From Paraspadella gotoi (Eukaryota > Animalia > Chaetognatha), in the NCBI GenBank assembly GCA_051294375.1, contig CM119264.1:15773473-15837472 (forward strand): a stretch of DNA of 64,000 nucleotides, written 5' to 3'. The notes below the pieces were generated by a model. It was not told where the DNA came from. It made no database searches and saw only the letters and a list, made by a program, of their open reading frames with translations. Positions 1 through 11,305 of the stretch are shown here, one piece after another. Positions within the stretch are counted from its first letter, which is position 1, and each line of letters starts with the position of its first letter. A program made the translations under genes and the position numbers.

Positions 1-327
1 AAATTAGAAAAGATATATTAAAACTAAATTTCATTGCTATTTTGCTTTAAAAACGCTCTTTTGTTTGTGGAGCCATCTGGTATATTAAGACCAAAACAAG
101 AAAAAAATTGGCTATTTTGTGTAAAGCAATGCAAGTGAAGATCTAGTGGGTGCAGACAGAAGAGCAAATTTCTATAGAAAGGAAATAAATTGCTAAAGCA
201 AAACAAACATTTCGGATCAAATTAATTTATTTATTAATTACCGCTAATGATCGTGCGAGTGGAAATGAGTTTAAATGGAAAAAACAAAAGTCATATTTAC
301 TTGAAGCATTTTTACATATATATTATA

Positions 328-1049
328 TGTTACGAAATAACTATCTTTATATCACGAAGAAATCCAGCTTCTCCTCCTTCTCCCGATGCTCTTTTGTCTT
401 TTTTACTGACACAAGAATTGCCAGCTTTTCAGCGATTACAGAGACATCTTTCTATTTAGACTTGTTATATATATATACTTAAGTACAGATTCCGTGGCGG
501 ATTCTGATTGGTTCATCGGATTTCGATAGATTTTAATTACGATTTATCGATGTGAACGATCAGATCTGTCATTCTTGCTCTTTCAGTTCTCTGAAAATCT
601 CGGAATCTCTAGTTTTTAGAAACTATTTGGTAATTGCTGGATTGGTGGACTTTCCTGTGAGAGAAGCAACTTTTTGTTACTATTTTGGCTTCAGAAACAA
701 GTAAGAAAGATTCTTTAAACTTTATATATATATTTGCTGAGTTTGTATTAAATGTTTTGTTATCCTTTCCCCAGGACGTCTAACTTTACACAACTTCCCT
801 TTACACAACTTCACCTTTAACTTCACTTCAACTTCAACTTTAACTCTTACAACTTTAAAGTACTATTTGTTAAGTCCTGGGCTTCGCCTTTGTGGCCGAG
901 TGTCGTCCTCATCTATTGAGCGTCATAGACCGGCGCCATCGTCTCCTCTGCGCCATTACGCCACAAATACCAACGCTTTATTTGGCGTAGAGTTAGCCCA
1001 GAAAAATTAGCAAGTCAATGAAACCACTCTCCGAACTTAGTTCAAAACA
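328..1049. mobile_element. Solo LTR (722 bp), BEL/Pao- or Gypsy-like, inserted in a HINE-type repeat
   Basis: Begins TGTT (328) and ends AACA (1049), flanked by a 5-bp TSD TTATA (323-327 and 1050-1054). The host repeat continues on both sides. Confidence 0.65.
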
Positions 1050-1162
1050 TTATATATATATATATATAATACTCATAATTATTATATTGATTAAAAATTG
1101 GATAGATAAATTGAAATGAAATTTTTTGTGTTGGTAGGAAACTATGAGATTAAGCTGGATAT

Positions 1163-2554
1163 TAGACACATTTTTTCCACTGAAAATTGTTATGGAAAAG
1201 GTATAATTCTTTTCGTATTTTAGGGCTATACAAAATAAATGCATTTTTCGTACATTTTTTTTAATATCTCGCCTTTCCCAGAGGCATTAAAGTGCCACGG
1301 GCGTCAAAATAATTGATTTTCAGCAATTTCTGAGGTTTTTCATAAATTTTTTTAGATAATTATAAAAATAATGATAAAATTTGTATTATCTGTTATACGT
1401 AAATGTTGTCTGAAATATTTAATTGTAATTTAAATAATCTCAAACCGTTATTGGGAATTTTTAATAATATATTAAAACCGGAAGTTAAGTTATTGGCATG
1501 AACTTTTTTTTAAAATTGAAAAATTGAGATCACAGATTCAAATACTTTTAATTGCTTTAAGAAAACTGGCAAAGACCAAGTTTTAAAAATTAAAATAATA
1601 ATGGATTTCATAACAAAAAAATCAGTAAAAAAGGGCCATAGATAAAATTGTGACCAAAATGGCCGCTGCCGTTTTAAAGTTTTAAAAGTTTAAAAGTTTT
1701 TAACTTTTTTGCTTTGGGGTGGTCGCGACAGGTCGTGTGTGATGCATATCATATCCCTGCAAAAAGCAACTCGAATTTGCTTAGGATTATAGGTAATTGC
1801 AGTTCTATCATCGTAAACACGAGGCATCGCCAGTTTTCCCATTTCAATACAAGTGTCTTTTTCGCATCTTTTGCGATGACTTCAATGCGTACTCCGCGGT
1901 CACGTCAAAATAAGAGTGGCACGCTTAAATAGTTACATCAAAATTCTTGTACGAATCTTGTTCAGCCTTGCACTTGTCGCAAAGAGAGAGATCTTCCCCT
2001 AAATCAAGGATTTGCTTCGCTTCTCCGAGTTTCCACAATTTTGTCTGTTCAACAGCAACAATGTGAGCCATACTTATTTCAATTGTTTGTCGTTTGATTC
2101 AAGAAACATGAAAGAAGCGCTGAAGAACGTTTCTGCCTTTTGGAGGTTCATATGGCAGAGTCTGAAAATGTTCCAGCCGCTTTGTAATATCAAACTCTGG
2201 ATATAATGGCACACGGGTTTGTATTGTTGTATTTACAATGAAACCCGCCTCTATGCTTGTAGTAAAAACCAAAATAATTTATGTATCCAAATTTTATATT
2301 GATTGGTTTTGATTTGACTTGGAAATGAGCGGAGAAAAGTTGCCTTCAAAATCGTTTATTGATTTTAGAATTTAAATCTTCTTGTCTAACTTTCTGAAAA
2401 TTTGTTTTAAAAAATTTACATAATTTCTTCTGAAAGCGAGATGTATTGAAAAAATCTGTGCAAGGTTTTTTTTCTTAGACAAGGTTTAAATACGAACAGA
2501 ATGACACCTTTTTGGAGACTCTATGACCACTTTCCGCGGAAAAAAATGTGTCTA
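1163..2554 (-). mobile_element. Non-autonomous hAT element (hATm-like) with a degenerate transposase remnant
   Basis: TIRs TAGACACATTTTTTCC...GGAAAAAAATGTGTCTA with a perfect 8-bp TSD CTGGATAT (1155-1162, 2555-2562). Minus strand ~1930-2260 reads LPYEPPKGRNVLQRFFHVS*IKRQTIEISMAHIVAVEQTKLWKLGEAK, resembling a transposase N-terminus (from memory, not searched). Second copy at 31567-36539. Confidence 0.85.
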
Positions 2555-2659
2555 CTGGATATAAGGTTTTGATGGAATCGTAAGAGTGAAAAAGAGTTTA
2601 AAACACAAAACCAAAAGACACATTTATGTCAATTTTTAAAAGTTTCCATCTCTCTATGA

Positions 2660-3075
2660 TTGACCAAATTATGCCGGTTGACCAAATTTGCAGTTGAGCA
2701 AATTATGTCAGTTTACAAAAATATATATATGTATAATTGTATATGATATATATATATGATATGAGTGATTTTATTCGAATACAATAAGGTTGATTCAGTA
2801 CAATCATCATCAACAAACAAACAGACTAAGTCAGTTGACAATTATACAATTATAACAATTTACCAAATTATGCAAGTTGACCAAATTAAGCCAGTTGACC
2901 AAATAATGCCAGTTCACCAAATTATGCCAGTTGACCACATTTTGCAAGTTGATCAAATTATACAAGTTGAAAAAATTATGCCAGTTGCCCAAATTATGCC
3001 TGTTGACCAAATTATGTCAATTGACCAAATTATGCAAGTTGATTAAATTAGGAAAGTTGACCAAACTATGCAAGT
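2660..3075. repeat. 18-bp minisatellite (GTTGACCAAATTATGCCA)n inside a HINE family 1 element
   Basis: Tandem units visible. The same array occurs at 34635-34935 (reverse) and 39255-39615. The HINE 3' end GGCAGATCCGACATTGTTTGCTCAAACTTGTT is at ~3248-3279. Confidence 0.9.
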
Positions 3076-3333
3076 TGGTATTGCCTATTGGCACAGCTAC
3101 TGGTAATGATTGATAGATCAATTGATTTATAGATTTTTCATAGATTTATTAAGAAATCTGTTATGATTTGTTATAATCCCTAATTGAGAGTCAGAAAAAT
3201 TACCATGCTTTATCATCGGATTAGCTTATTACCGCTTAATTTTCGTAGGCAGATCCGACATTGTTTGCTCAAACTTGTTTTTATTTTTCCCTCTCAGGTC
3301 ATGAGAAATTTCTTTGCTCTTTGGTTTTGAAGT

Positions 3334-3623
3334 TCAGTACATACTTTCGGAATTCGACGGAGAGCATGGAGGCTGAAACTTTGCGGCCTCGGAAGATGAT
3401 TCCATTGGAGACGGGCCAACATTGGCTGTAGTGACGACAGCCCGCTTGGGCTCTGAAGGTTCATTTTGAAAGTCAAAAAAATCCCGGCGCTCGGCGACCG
3501 AGGGGAAATAAGGCGTGGGAGAAGCGATAGGAGATGGGAGAGATGCGAGGCCAGTTCGATGAGGTAAAGGAGTTAAAGATCGCGGCTGCTGGAAAAACGG
3601 TGTCGGTGATGAGGGCATTGACA
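3334..3623 (-). CDS. C2H2 zinc-finger gene, exon 5 (last coding exon; Ser/Pro-rich tail)
   Basis: Acceptor ttttttttag at 3625-3624. The phase-1 join with exon 4 (A|TG) keeps the frame ...GRS-MSMPSSPTPFF...SESMY*. Stop TGA at 3336-3334. Confidence 0.75.
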
Positions 3624-5109
3624 CTAAAAAAAAGGTAGCCGGGAATATGTTTTTTTTTAACTTTTTTTGATAGGGGTGGGACTAATATTTTGCCTGATTA
3701 ACTGAGCAAAGCATTACTTTGACTTTTTTCGTAAGAGTTTAGTCCTGAGTTTTTTTTAATATATTCTCATACCGGCCATTCACAGTGATCCAAATGCCCT
3801 AAATTTCCGGAAAAACCTCCCTTTTTTGGCAAAAACAACTTTTTTTGGCATGCTGATTATCATAGAAGCCCTCTGAGGTTTTTTGAAACGTTTTAAATGA
3901 TAAAAAGTTGTTTGAAAAAATATGGAGAAAAAATTCATTATTCGACAAATTAGGTTTTTAAAGAAATCATTTTGGTTGTTGAACGTCTTTTGATTTATAA
4001 TTTTGATATTAAAAAGAAATTGACCCAACTTAATATTTTTTCTTTATTTATATTATAAGTAATAGGTGTATGTTTGCTAAATATAAAATCATTAATTTAA
4101 TCTTTTTAAAAGTGCGCTAAGCAAATTAAAATCGGAAAATCGATCAAAAAAAAGAATCGTATGGTAATTTCTGAAGAATATCGAATTCTTTTTTTATTAT
4201 TTTTTGAATGAAAAGCATTTTTGGATTTCTCAAAAAGGCGGACAAATGCGGATGAGATTTAATTGATAACTGATTAGTGATAAGATGTATCATTAGGAAC
4301 TAAATTTTTCATATCATACATAGTGACATAATATAAAAATCTTTTTTTTATTTGTTAGCTAGACAAAGAGCTTTAATCATAACAAAGTCAAATAATTTTT
4401 CTCTTCCACCCATGAGGGAGAAACAAACCTCTCAAAGACTCACCCGAAATAGAGATTTGCTTATAACTTGAGAAAGAATAATTTTTAGAAACTGTTATCT
4501 TACATAAAACTTTGTACCATTACTATGAAAAGACTGAATATGTATTTATGCCCATATGTTCAGGTGGCTTTTATCCACTTTTAATTTTTTTTGGATCACT
4601 GTGCCATTGTAGAATGATGGTAATATTGTTAATATGAAGTTTCAAGTAAATCCTATGGATAATGGATATAGAATATATTAACCAAAATCTTTGGAAAATC
4701 CACCCCTTTGATGAAAGATTTTCGCCATAAAAGATTTATCCCGAATCTGACACCCTGTTAAAAACTTAAAATTCCGATCGTTAGCTCTTACTTTTAGTGT
4801 AAATAAAAATTTCACCAAAATGGACTAATTCACTTTATCATGATCGTATCATATTAAAATAACTAAATAAAATATAAAGAAAAATTTTGTGGCAAGAACA
4901 GACAACCGCACTAACCCTATCCCTGTTCTTATTAAAATAAAATCGTTGTAGAAATAAAAAAAAATTCTCAACACAACGAATCGAAAGGTTAAGGGATATA
5001 GGGAGTCAGCCAAAAACGTTTACGAAAAAATCTGATACTTTGCTATCTGAACGTCCTTATTAAGTCTGACTACTGTTTCAATTTTCAACTTCCTACCTTA
5101 GAGAAGGCA

Positions 5110-5226
5110 AAGTATTTGTGAAATTAATACAACGATTTTTATTAAGAGACGGACATGTTTCGGCTTGTTGGCTTCAAGCCTTCATCAGCATTTAACATTC
5201 ATTAAAAAAGTTTGTGTAAAAGAAGA

Positions 5227-5287
<61 letters not shown>

Positions 5288-5735
5288 CAAAAGTTTTCCA
5301 ACAAAGTGGTGAGAAAAAATAGTGGTCAGATGTGAGGACAGGTTGAAGGTGAGGGCAGATTGAGTGAGTTGTGAAAAGAAGTAAAACTTGTTAGAGAGAG
5401 AGAGAGAGAGAAACAGAAACAACAGGGATAAATAAATAATAAAGATACATTTTGCAATGTACAAAAAAGATAAGAGTTTGAAAAACTAATATTGGTGAAA
5501 TTTAATATTTAACTAGTGAATAAATAAGCAATTAGCTAAGGGATAGTGAAGTGAAATTTGAAAGAAAGTAGTTCTTTATAGTTTTAGGTGATAATTAAGA
5601 GACTAAGAAAGTGAAATTCAAGAAAAAGAAAGAGCTTAAAATGAGCTGGCCCCCCCTTGTTTTTTGCAAATGAAGGACAAGGACGATGATGACGGGTCAT
5701 TGGCGTGTCAGTGGCTGAGAGGAGAGTGCGACTCA
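5110..5735 (-). mobile_element. Penelope-like element 3' region/pLTR with hammerhead motif
   Basis: Homologous to 48450-49080 and 26400-26990, with shared GAGCTGGCCCCCC, TAGTGGTCAGATGTGAGGACAGG and (GA)n blocks. Confidence 0.8.
5148..5192 (-). ncRNA. Minimal type I hammerhead ribozyme (PLE-associated), intact core
   Basis: Reverse complement aatg CTGATGA aggctt gaagccaac aagcc GAAAC ATGTC cgtc: conserved core, stem II, palindromic ACATGT helix III and GUC cleavage triplet. Confidence 0.8.
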
Positions 5736-5794
5736 TCAGTCTTCATCAGCGTTAGTGATGCATTTAAAAATTTGTGTAAAAGAAACATTACATT

Positions 5795-5939
5795 TTTGAA
5801 ATATAATGTTTCTCTTTCTCTCTCTCTCTTTTTCTCCATTTCAAAATCAACTTATTTCCCCTTTCTCCTGTCCTTGCCTTCACCTGTCCTGAAATCTGAC
5901 CACTGTCCTTTCTCAATTCTTTGTTGGAATCTCTCTCTT

Positions 5940-6019
<80 letters not shown>

Positions 6020-6185
6020 TCTATCCCCATTGTGAAAAATACAACTGTCAAATGCTGATGAAGACTCGAAAACAAGAGTCAAAACATGTCCAATACTTTG
6101 TAATAAAATCGTTGTAAAAATAATAAAAATTTTCGTTTTCGAATCTGCTATCTTATTGAACAACGAAAAGAGAGAAAAATTACAC
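5795..6185 (+). mobile_element. PLE pLTR (second subfamily) with mutated hammerhead at 6051-6094
   Basis: CTGATGA agactc..gagtc AAAAC ATGTC (core G lost) followed by tail ACAACGAAAAGAGAGAAAA. Reverse-oriented relative at 14985-15300. Confidence 0.75.
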
Positions 6186-6428
6186 AAAATTTTAATTAAA
6201 ATATAAATCATTTCTATCCTCGCATCCCACGTAAGTCCCTCCCCTAGCCCTAACCTCCGCTTCGCGTCCAAGGCCAAGCATGAACCATGAACCTATCATC
6301 GCCCATAAAACTTTTCCCATCTGTAACTTTCCTGTTGGGTATAACTACAACAACCTTGTTGATCGTAATGCTAACTTTTACTTATTCAACCTGAATTACA
6401 ACAACCTCAAATGTTAAAACTAAACACT

Positions 6429-6662
6429 TGAAGAGACAGTAATTATTGTTATGAGTTAGTGACAGAACCGTTCAATATAAGCAGTCTTTGAGCTTCGGAT
6501 CAGGCTGTAACACCGTGTTACAGGCGGGTTAAGCGCCCCGTCCCTCTTAACTGCCAGACGACCACCGGGCTAGAACCCCGGACCTTTGGGTTGGGAGGCA
6601 AATGTCTTGCCTCCGGCACCAATGGTCGCTGATGAATGGTTGGTGGATTTTAGTCCACCATA
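6429..6662 (-). mobile_element. 234-bp tRNA-derived interspersed element (family A)
   Basis: Same length and ends as copies at 25410-25643 and 59336-59569. Internal A box TGGTGCCGGAGG, loop CTCCCAA and B box GGTTCTAGCCC. Confidence 0.8.
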
Positions 6663-7099
6663 CATCCCCCCCTCCGTAGGGAGAAGTCTGTTGCGTCTCT
6701 TCAGTGAATTGTTGTTGTTGGTGGAAAGTTCGTCACCAAGTTGAGGCATGTCGCCTGATGTGTTGTGGGCGGAAAGTGCATCGCCAGGTCAAATGATTTT
6801 ATTCAGCAGATTAAAGTGTAAGGCACATATTAAATACCATTAGTTGTATTATTTTATCATAATTTAATCAGGACACTTAATTTTCAGCCAATTTTTACCA
6901 AATTTACATATACTTTTGATTTTTACAGCAACAAATTACTAAAACAGGTAAATAAAAATTGATGATAAAATCTGTAAGCCAAAAGACCTTAGAATGTATT
7001 ATATAGGTTTGAAAATTTTTCTCATAAAGATTTAATGATATAATGACAATAAAAAAATTAAAAAAAATTATATATATAAATTAAAGATTGAAGAAAAAT

Positions 7100-7210
7100 A
7101 ATGATACGCCTGCCGGCTGCCCTCTTCTCGCCTGCTGGAGAGGCGGGCGGTTGTCCGTTCTTGCCACTTTTGTGACAGGGGTAACGGATTCTTCTCTCTC
7201 CTCCTGAAGC
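7100..7210 (-). mobile_element. PLE internal fragment
   Basis: Matches 49158-49262 and the reverse complement of 31200-31312. Confidence 0.75.
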
Positions 7211-7211
7211 C

Positions 7212-7460
7212 GTCGTGACTCGGTAGCTCATTGAGTAAAAGCCATCAGCTCATGACCACCAAGTACCGGGTTCAATCCCAACTCGGTAGCTACCATGCGG
7301 GAAGCGTGAGGACGGCCGTAAGCCACCTTTGAGGCGTGGAAAACCCTCAAGCGTGGTTTCAAGCCTGGTTCCAAGCCCAGGACCCGTTCCATGGCTGCTA
7401 GAGGAGTTAAAGAAGTTGCGGATAGTCATCTTCAGCCCACATAGCGCCTTATAAACAATA
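7212..7460 (+). mobile_element. tRNA-derived SINE (family B, CAT-anticodon-like head)
   Basis: A box TAGCTCATTGAG, loop CTCATGA and B box GGTTCAATCCC. A second head copy lies at 42832-42930. Confidence 0.7.
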
Positions 7461-7836
7461 ATCAGTTAATGCACTAAAAGTTGTACTAGAAACTTCACAG
7501 AGTGGTAATAATTTTTTATTGTATGGTTAAAAAAACACATTAACTGTCATGTTCAGAAACGACCACTGAAAAATATAAACAAGTGTGGCTTTCATTGTAT
7601 GCAATACAATGCGCGCGCATAAAAACAACTAAATGTTTTAAAACATCCATGATGCTTTGTAGTTTCTTAAAAATATATTTTGTTTCATTGTACAATGTAT
7701 ATAAAAGTAAAAAGCCAGAAAAAACGTTTGCCACTCATTTTATTATTGTATCTCAAATCGCTCACAGATATATGGTCCCACCCCTGTATATTGAAGAACC
7801 AAGAGAAAAATATCATTACCGAGCAAAAAAACTTAC

Positions 7837-8296
7837 TTGAACGTCCGATGTGCGCAATAGGAGTATCCCCGAACAATTCCGTGAAGTTGTCTACTTCGAA
7901 GGGTCGGGTTGAAACGTTCCTTATTCGCGTCTCTAATTGTGGCGCCGCTAGTTCAGACTCGGGAGAATTTTCTACCAAAGTCGCATTATCCACTGTCTCG
8001 CTTTTATCGCTTTGCAATGTAGGTTCCAATGGTCCTAGATCACCTTTTCGATCCAAATCGTCGTGAAAAAAAGCTAAGAAGTACAGCCGCAAATCTTCTG
8101 CTTCCGATGCAGACACAGAACCGATGCTAGAATGGCTCGAGAGGTGGAGTTTGAAGTCATCCCTCGAGGTAAAATAAACACTTTGACAAGTTTTAATCGG
8201 GCAGGCGAAACTCGGAGAAATTCCCTCTGATTTGTGGTGAGACCATTTAAGGTGAATCAAAAGAGAAGAACGGCCTGAAACTTTGTAGTCACATTG
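7837..8296 (-). CDS. C2H2 zinc-finger gene, exon 4 (end of finger 7, finger 8, acidic region)
   Basis: Acceptor gtctttcag|CAATGT and donor TCAA|gtaagt. Encodes QCDYKVSGRSSLLIHLKWSH...CPIKTC...HLSSH. Confidence 0.9.
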
Positions 8297-8431
8297 CTGA
8301 AAGACAATAAGAAAAGAGAACGTAATAAATCATTCTCGTTGACCCTACGCTTAAAGTACGCTTATGGTGAGTTTTGGTGACTAATAACCATCAACAATCT
8401 TGCGATCTTACAAATCGGCAAGTTGACTTAC

Positions 8432-8806
8432 GCGATCGGGGCAGGCAAAAGGTTTTTCTTCAGAATGAGTTAATAGATGTCCGTCTAAATGATCCTTTCT
8501 GAAAAACGTCTTGTGACAAACGTCGCAGCACCAGTCTTTTACCCCATCGTGAATCTTCTCGTGCCGCCTTAATTTGGACGAGTTGAGGAAAGATTTTTCG
8601 CATCGGCGGCAGACATATGACCGATCACCGGTGTGCGATCTTATGTGCTGTTTGAGACGACAGGCATGTGGGAACACTTTTTCACAAACGTCGCAGACGA
8701 ACACCAAGTGCGTTTTGACGTGCGAAGCCAAGGATGAATGACCAAAAAATCGCTTCCCGCATGTATCGCAGACAAAGGCCGCCAAGTTGGTAGAGTTGGG
8801 GTGATT
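8432..8806 (-). CDS. C2H2 zinc-finger gene, exon 3 (fingers 3-6, start of finger 7)
   Basis: Acceptor aattttaag|AATCAC and donor CGC|gtaagt. Encodes CDTC..HVKTH, CDVC..HIRSHTGDRSY, CRRC..HEKIH, CDVC..HLLTHSEEKPFACPDR. Confidence 0.95.
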
Positions 8807-9229
8807 CTTAAAATTTGAAATAAAATCAAAGCAAAATCTGCTAAATTCTACTTTCGCCGACCTCGGCTTTTGAAAAAACATTTAAAAATATTTATTTAAA
8901 AAAAAAAAAACTTACCAAATTAACCAAAGTAACCACCCCTAACCCGAAAACACCCCTACATCACCCTTACCCCTGTTACTAAAGTCTCTTAAGGAAGTTA
9001 GGCAAAAAATAGTTATTTTTATGATACCAGCACCAAATTTGGTACACAGCTACTTAACAACATAATGTAACTTTTCAGTCGAGGAGACCAAAAATTCGAG
9101 GTGGTTTCCTCGTAATTTGTTGAAATGGCTCGTCAACATATAAAGTGCAGCTATTTTTTTATTTATCAATAGAATTGAATAAAAATTTATATGTATATTC
9201 CCTATAATATTTAAAAAATTTAAAAACAC

Positions 9230-9745
9230 AGAGTGAGAGAGAGAGAGAAAAAAAAATCAAATGGCAGCAGCAGAAGCAGCAGGAGAAAAGAGAGAAAAAG
9301 AGAGAGCCCCTGCAGAGCCAGCTGCAGACTCAAAAGGCAGCAGCAGAAGCAGCAGGAGAAAAGAGAAAAAAAATAAGCCCCTGCAGAGCCAGCTGCAGGC
9401 TCGTTTTTCCCCTATAATTATGAATCAGTGACTAGGGAAAAGAGAGAGGGAGAGAGACATGTAATTAAAAGAGAAAAGAGAGAGAGAAAGAAATATGAAA
9501 ATAAAAGAGAGAAAATTTGTGTTTTGATAAAACGTAAACAAAACATATTTAATAACTGTCCAGACTCAATTTTAAGCACATCGATGATGAGAAGCTGTAT
9601 ATAAATTTTCAGCTTCATACACCCAAATTTAATCATAAAAAAGGCGATCTATAATTTGGAACGCCGACAACAACGACGACGACGACGCCACTTTTGCGCA
9701 AAAGCATTACAATATCGTCGCAAACGCTTAGCGATTGCGACGATA
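9230..9745 (-). mobile_element. HINE-type element, family 2 (partial)
   Basis: Terminal stem ATCGTCGCAAACGC-TTA-GCGATTGCGACGAT at ~9714-9744 next to an A/T run. Nearly identical to 62860-63288. Confidence 0.7.
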
Positions 9746-10003
9746 AAAATTTAAAATATATTAAACCTATACAAGTTTAAAAAAAAAATTGACCCAATTT
9801 TAAAGTGGTTTAAGATTTTTTTTTTTTTTTTTGGAAAAATTACTTCAATGGGCAATAGCCAGACATCCAGACAACTTCCTATAAAATCCTAAAGCCATTT
9901 ACTCTATAAATGGAAAAGTGATTCCATGTACAGACTTACGACATTCTAGTTTTCGGTACTGTACGCAAAATCTATCTTTGAAACCGTTAGGTTCGTCACT
10001 CAC

Positions 10004-10103
10004 TTTCCGATAGTGTCGTTGTAACTGGAGCTCCGTTGAAAAACTCATCCCGCATTTTGATTCTTCGCATCGCCGCTCTATCCTCCGATGTAGCTCCATG
10101 TGA
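10004..10103 (-). CDS. C2H2 zinc-finger gene, exon 2
   Basis: Acceptor aattcag| and donor AAA|gtgagt. Encodes HMELHRRIERRCEESKCGMSFSTELQLQRHYRK, completed by NH in exon 3. Confidence 0.9.
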
Positions 10104-10161
10104 CTGAATTATAACGCGAGAAAATAATAATATTGAAAAACTCGCGATGTTCTTTAATTAC

Positions 10162-10265
10162 CATTTGAGGTTGTATGTCTTCGCAAACGATTTTCCACAT
10201 CCTTCGAAGTCGCACACCAAACTTGGTACATTTCTTGCATTATATTTTTTCTTTGACGTCTCCAT
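10162..10265 (-). CDS. C2H2 zinc-finger gene, exon 1 (start codon)
   Basis: ATG at 10265 is directly preceded by an in-frame TAA. Encodes METSKKKYNARNVPSLVCDFEGCGKSFAKTYNLK, donor TG|gtaatt, 58-bp intron. The five exons total 1329 nt = 442 aa plus stop. Confidence 0.85.
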
Positions 10266-10834
10266 TTAAGTAAATTCCGTGACTGACACCTACTATTCTG
10301 TCCTAATATTGTTTAATGTCTAGTCGATAGCATGGTAATGAGTATCTGTAATAACAGATATTAGCCAAAAAACTGAGCCACGTTAACCTAATCGAGTCGA
10401 ACAAAGACGAGAGAATAAAAATTTTAGGGAATTTCATGTCTTTCCAACAGTTCCAGAACTTCTAATTTAAAAAAAAGTAAGGCAATATTTTAACGCAAAA
10501 CGTCACAATTAAAATTTTATGGTGATTTTAATAATCCGGAAATAAAGGGAGAAATTGAAAGAATTTGCAGCTCAGACGCGTGGTGACTTCAAACCCCCAT
10601 AACAAGTCTGCTTTAACTTTGTATCAATTATTGCATGTTCCCTAAGAGAAGACTGAATGAAAAAAATCTTAAAAGTATAGTGATCCCGCCAGACGTAACT
10701 ATCAAATAAAATTAATATAAAAATCTGAAAAAAACGAATGATTAATAATTATTAATGCGATGAAAACCAATTATTGATGCGATAACCAAATATTGATACA
10801 ATAAAAACTAAATATTGATGCGATGATAACCAGG

Positions 10835-11305
10835 ATAATCATTCATTGATGCAATGATAATCATTCATTGATGCAATGATAATCATTCATTGATGCGATG
10901 ATAATCATTCATTGATGCGATGATAGTCATTCATTGATGCGATGATAGTCATTCATTGATGCGATGATAGTCATTCATTGATGCGATGATAGTCATTCAT
11001 TGATGCGATGATAGTCATTCATTGATGCGATGATAGTCATTCATTGATGAGATGATAATCATTCATTGATGCGATGATAATCATTCATTGATACAATGAT
11101 AGTGATTCATTGATATGATGATAGTCATTCATTGATGCAATGATAGTCATTTATTGATGCAATGATAATCATTCATTGATGCAATGATAGTCATTCATTG
11201 ATGCGATGATAGTCATTCATTGATGTGATGATAGTCATTCATTGATACGATGATAGTTATTCAATATTCATTGATGCGATGATAGTCATTCATTGATGCA
11301 ATGAG
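10835..11305. repeat. 22-bp minisatellite (ATGATAGTCATTCATTGATGCG)n
   Basis: About 20 tandem units. Related degenerate arrays at 19284-19413, 22780-23040 and 24470-24720. Confidence 0.95.

Noticed and set aside
2765-3046. VDQIMP-repeat ORFs (also 39258-39470) as a repeat protein
   Set aside because: They are translations of an 18-bp minisatellite inside a non-coding HINE; stops and frameshifts differ between copies.
5192-6277. ER/SL-rich ORFs here and at 17745-18043, 33648-34016 and 62478-62783
   Set aside because: They arise from (GA)n and (GAAA)n microsatellites in repeats.
6625-6662. CTGATGA plus hairpin at the end of family A as a hammerhead
   Set aside because: No GAAA follows the stem, even when the element ends are joined in a circle.
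6663-6800. GC-richer open stretch as an extra zinc-finger gene exon
   Set aside because: No convincing splice sites, and exons 4 and 5 already join in frame.
7685-7836. ORF-track extensions of the zinc-finger exons (7685-7836, 8807-8881) and the PHTF exon (42359-42430, 42654-42715)
   Set aside because: They are read-through into introns beyond consensus splice sites.
10835-11305. 22-bp and 18-bp tandem arrays as CRISPR arrays
   Set aside because: Units are head-to-tail with no unique spacers, there are no cas genes, and the context is eukaryotic.
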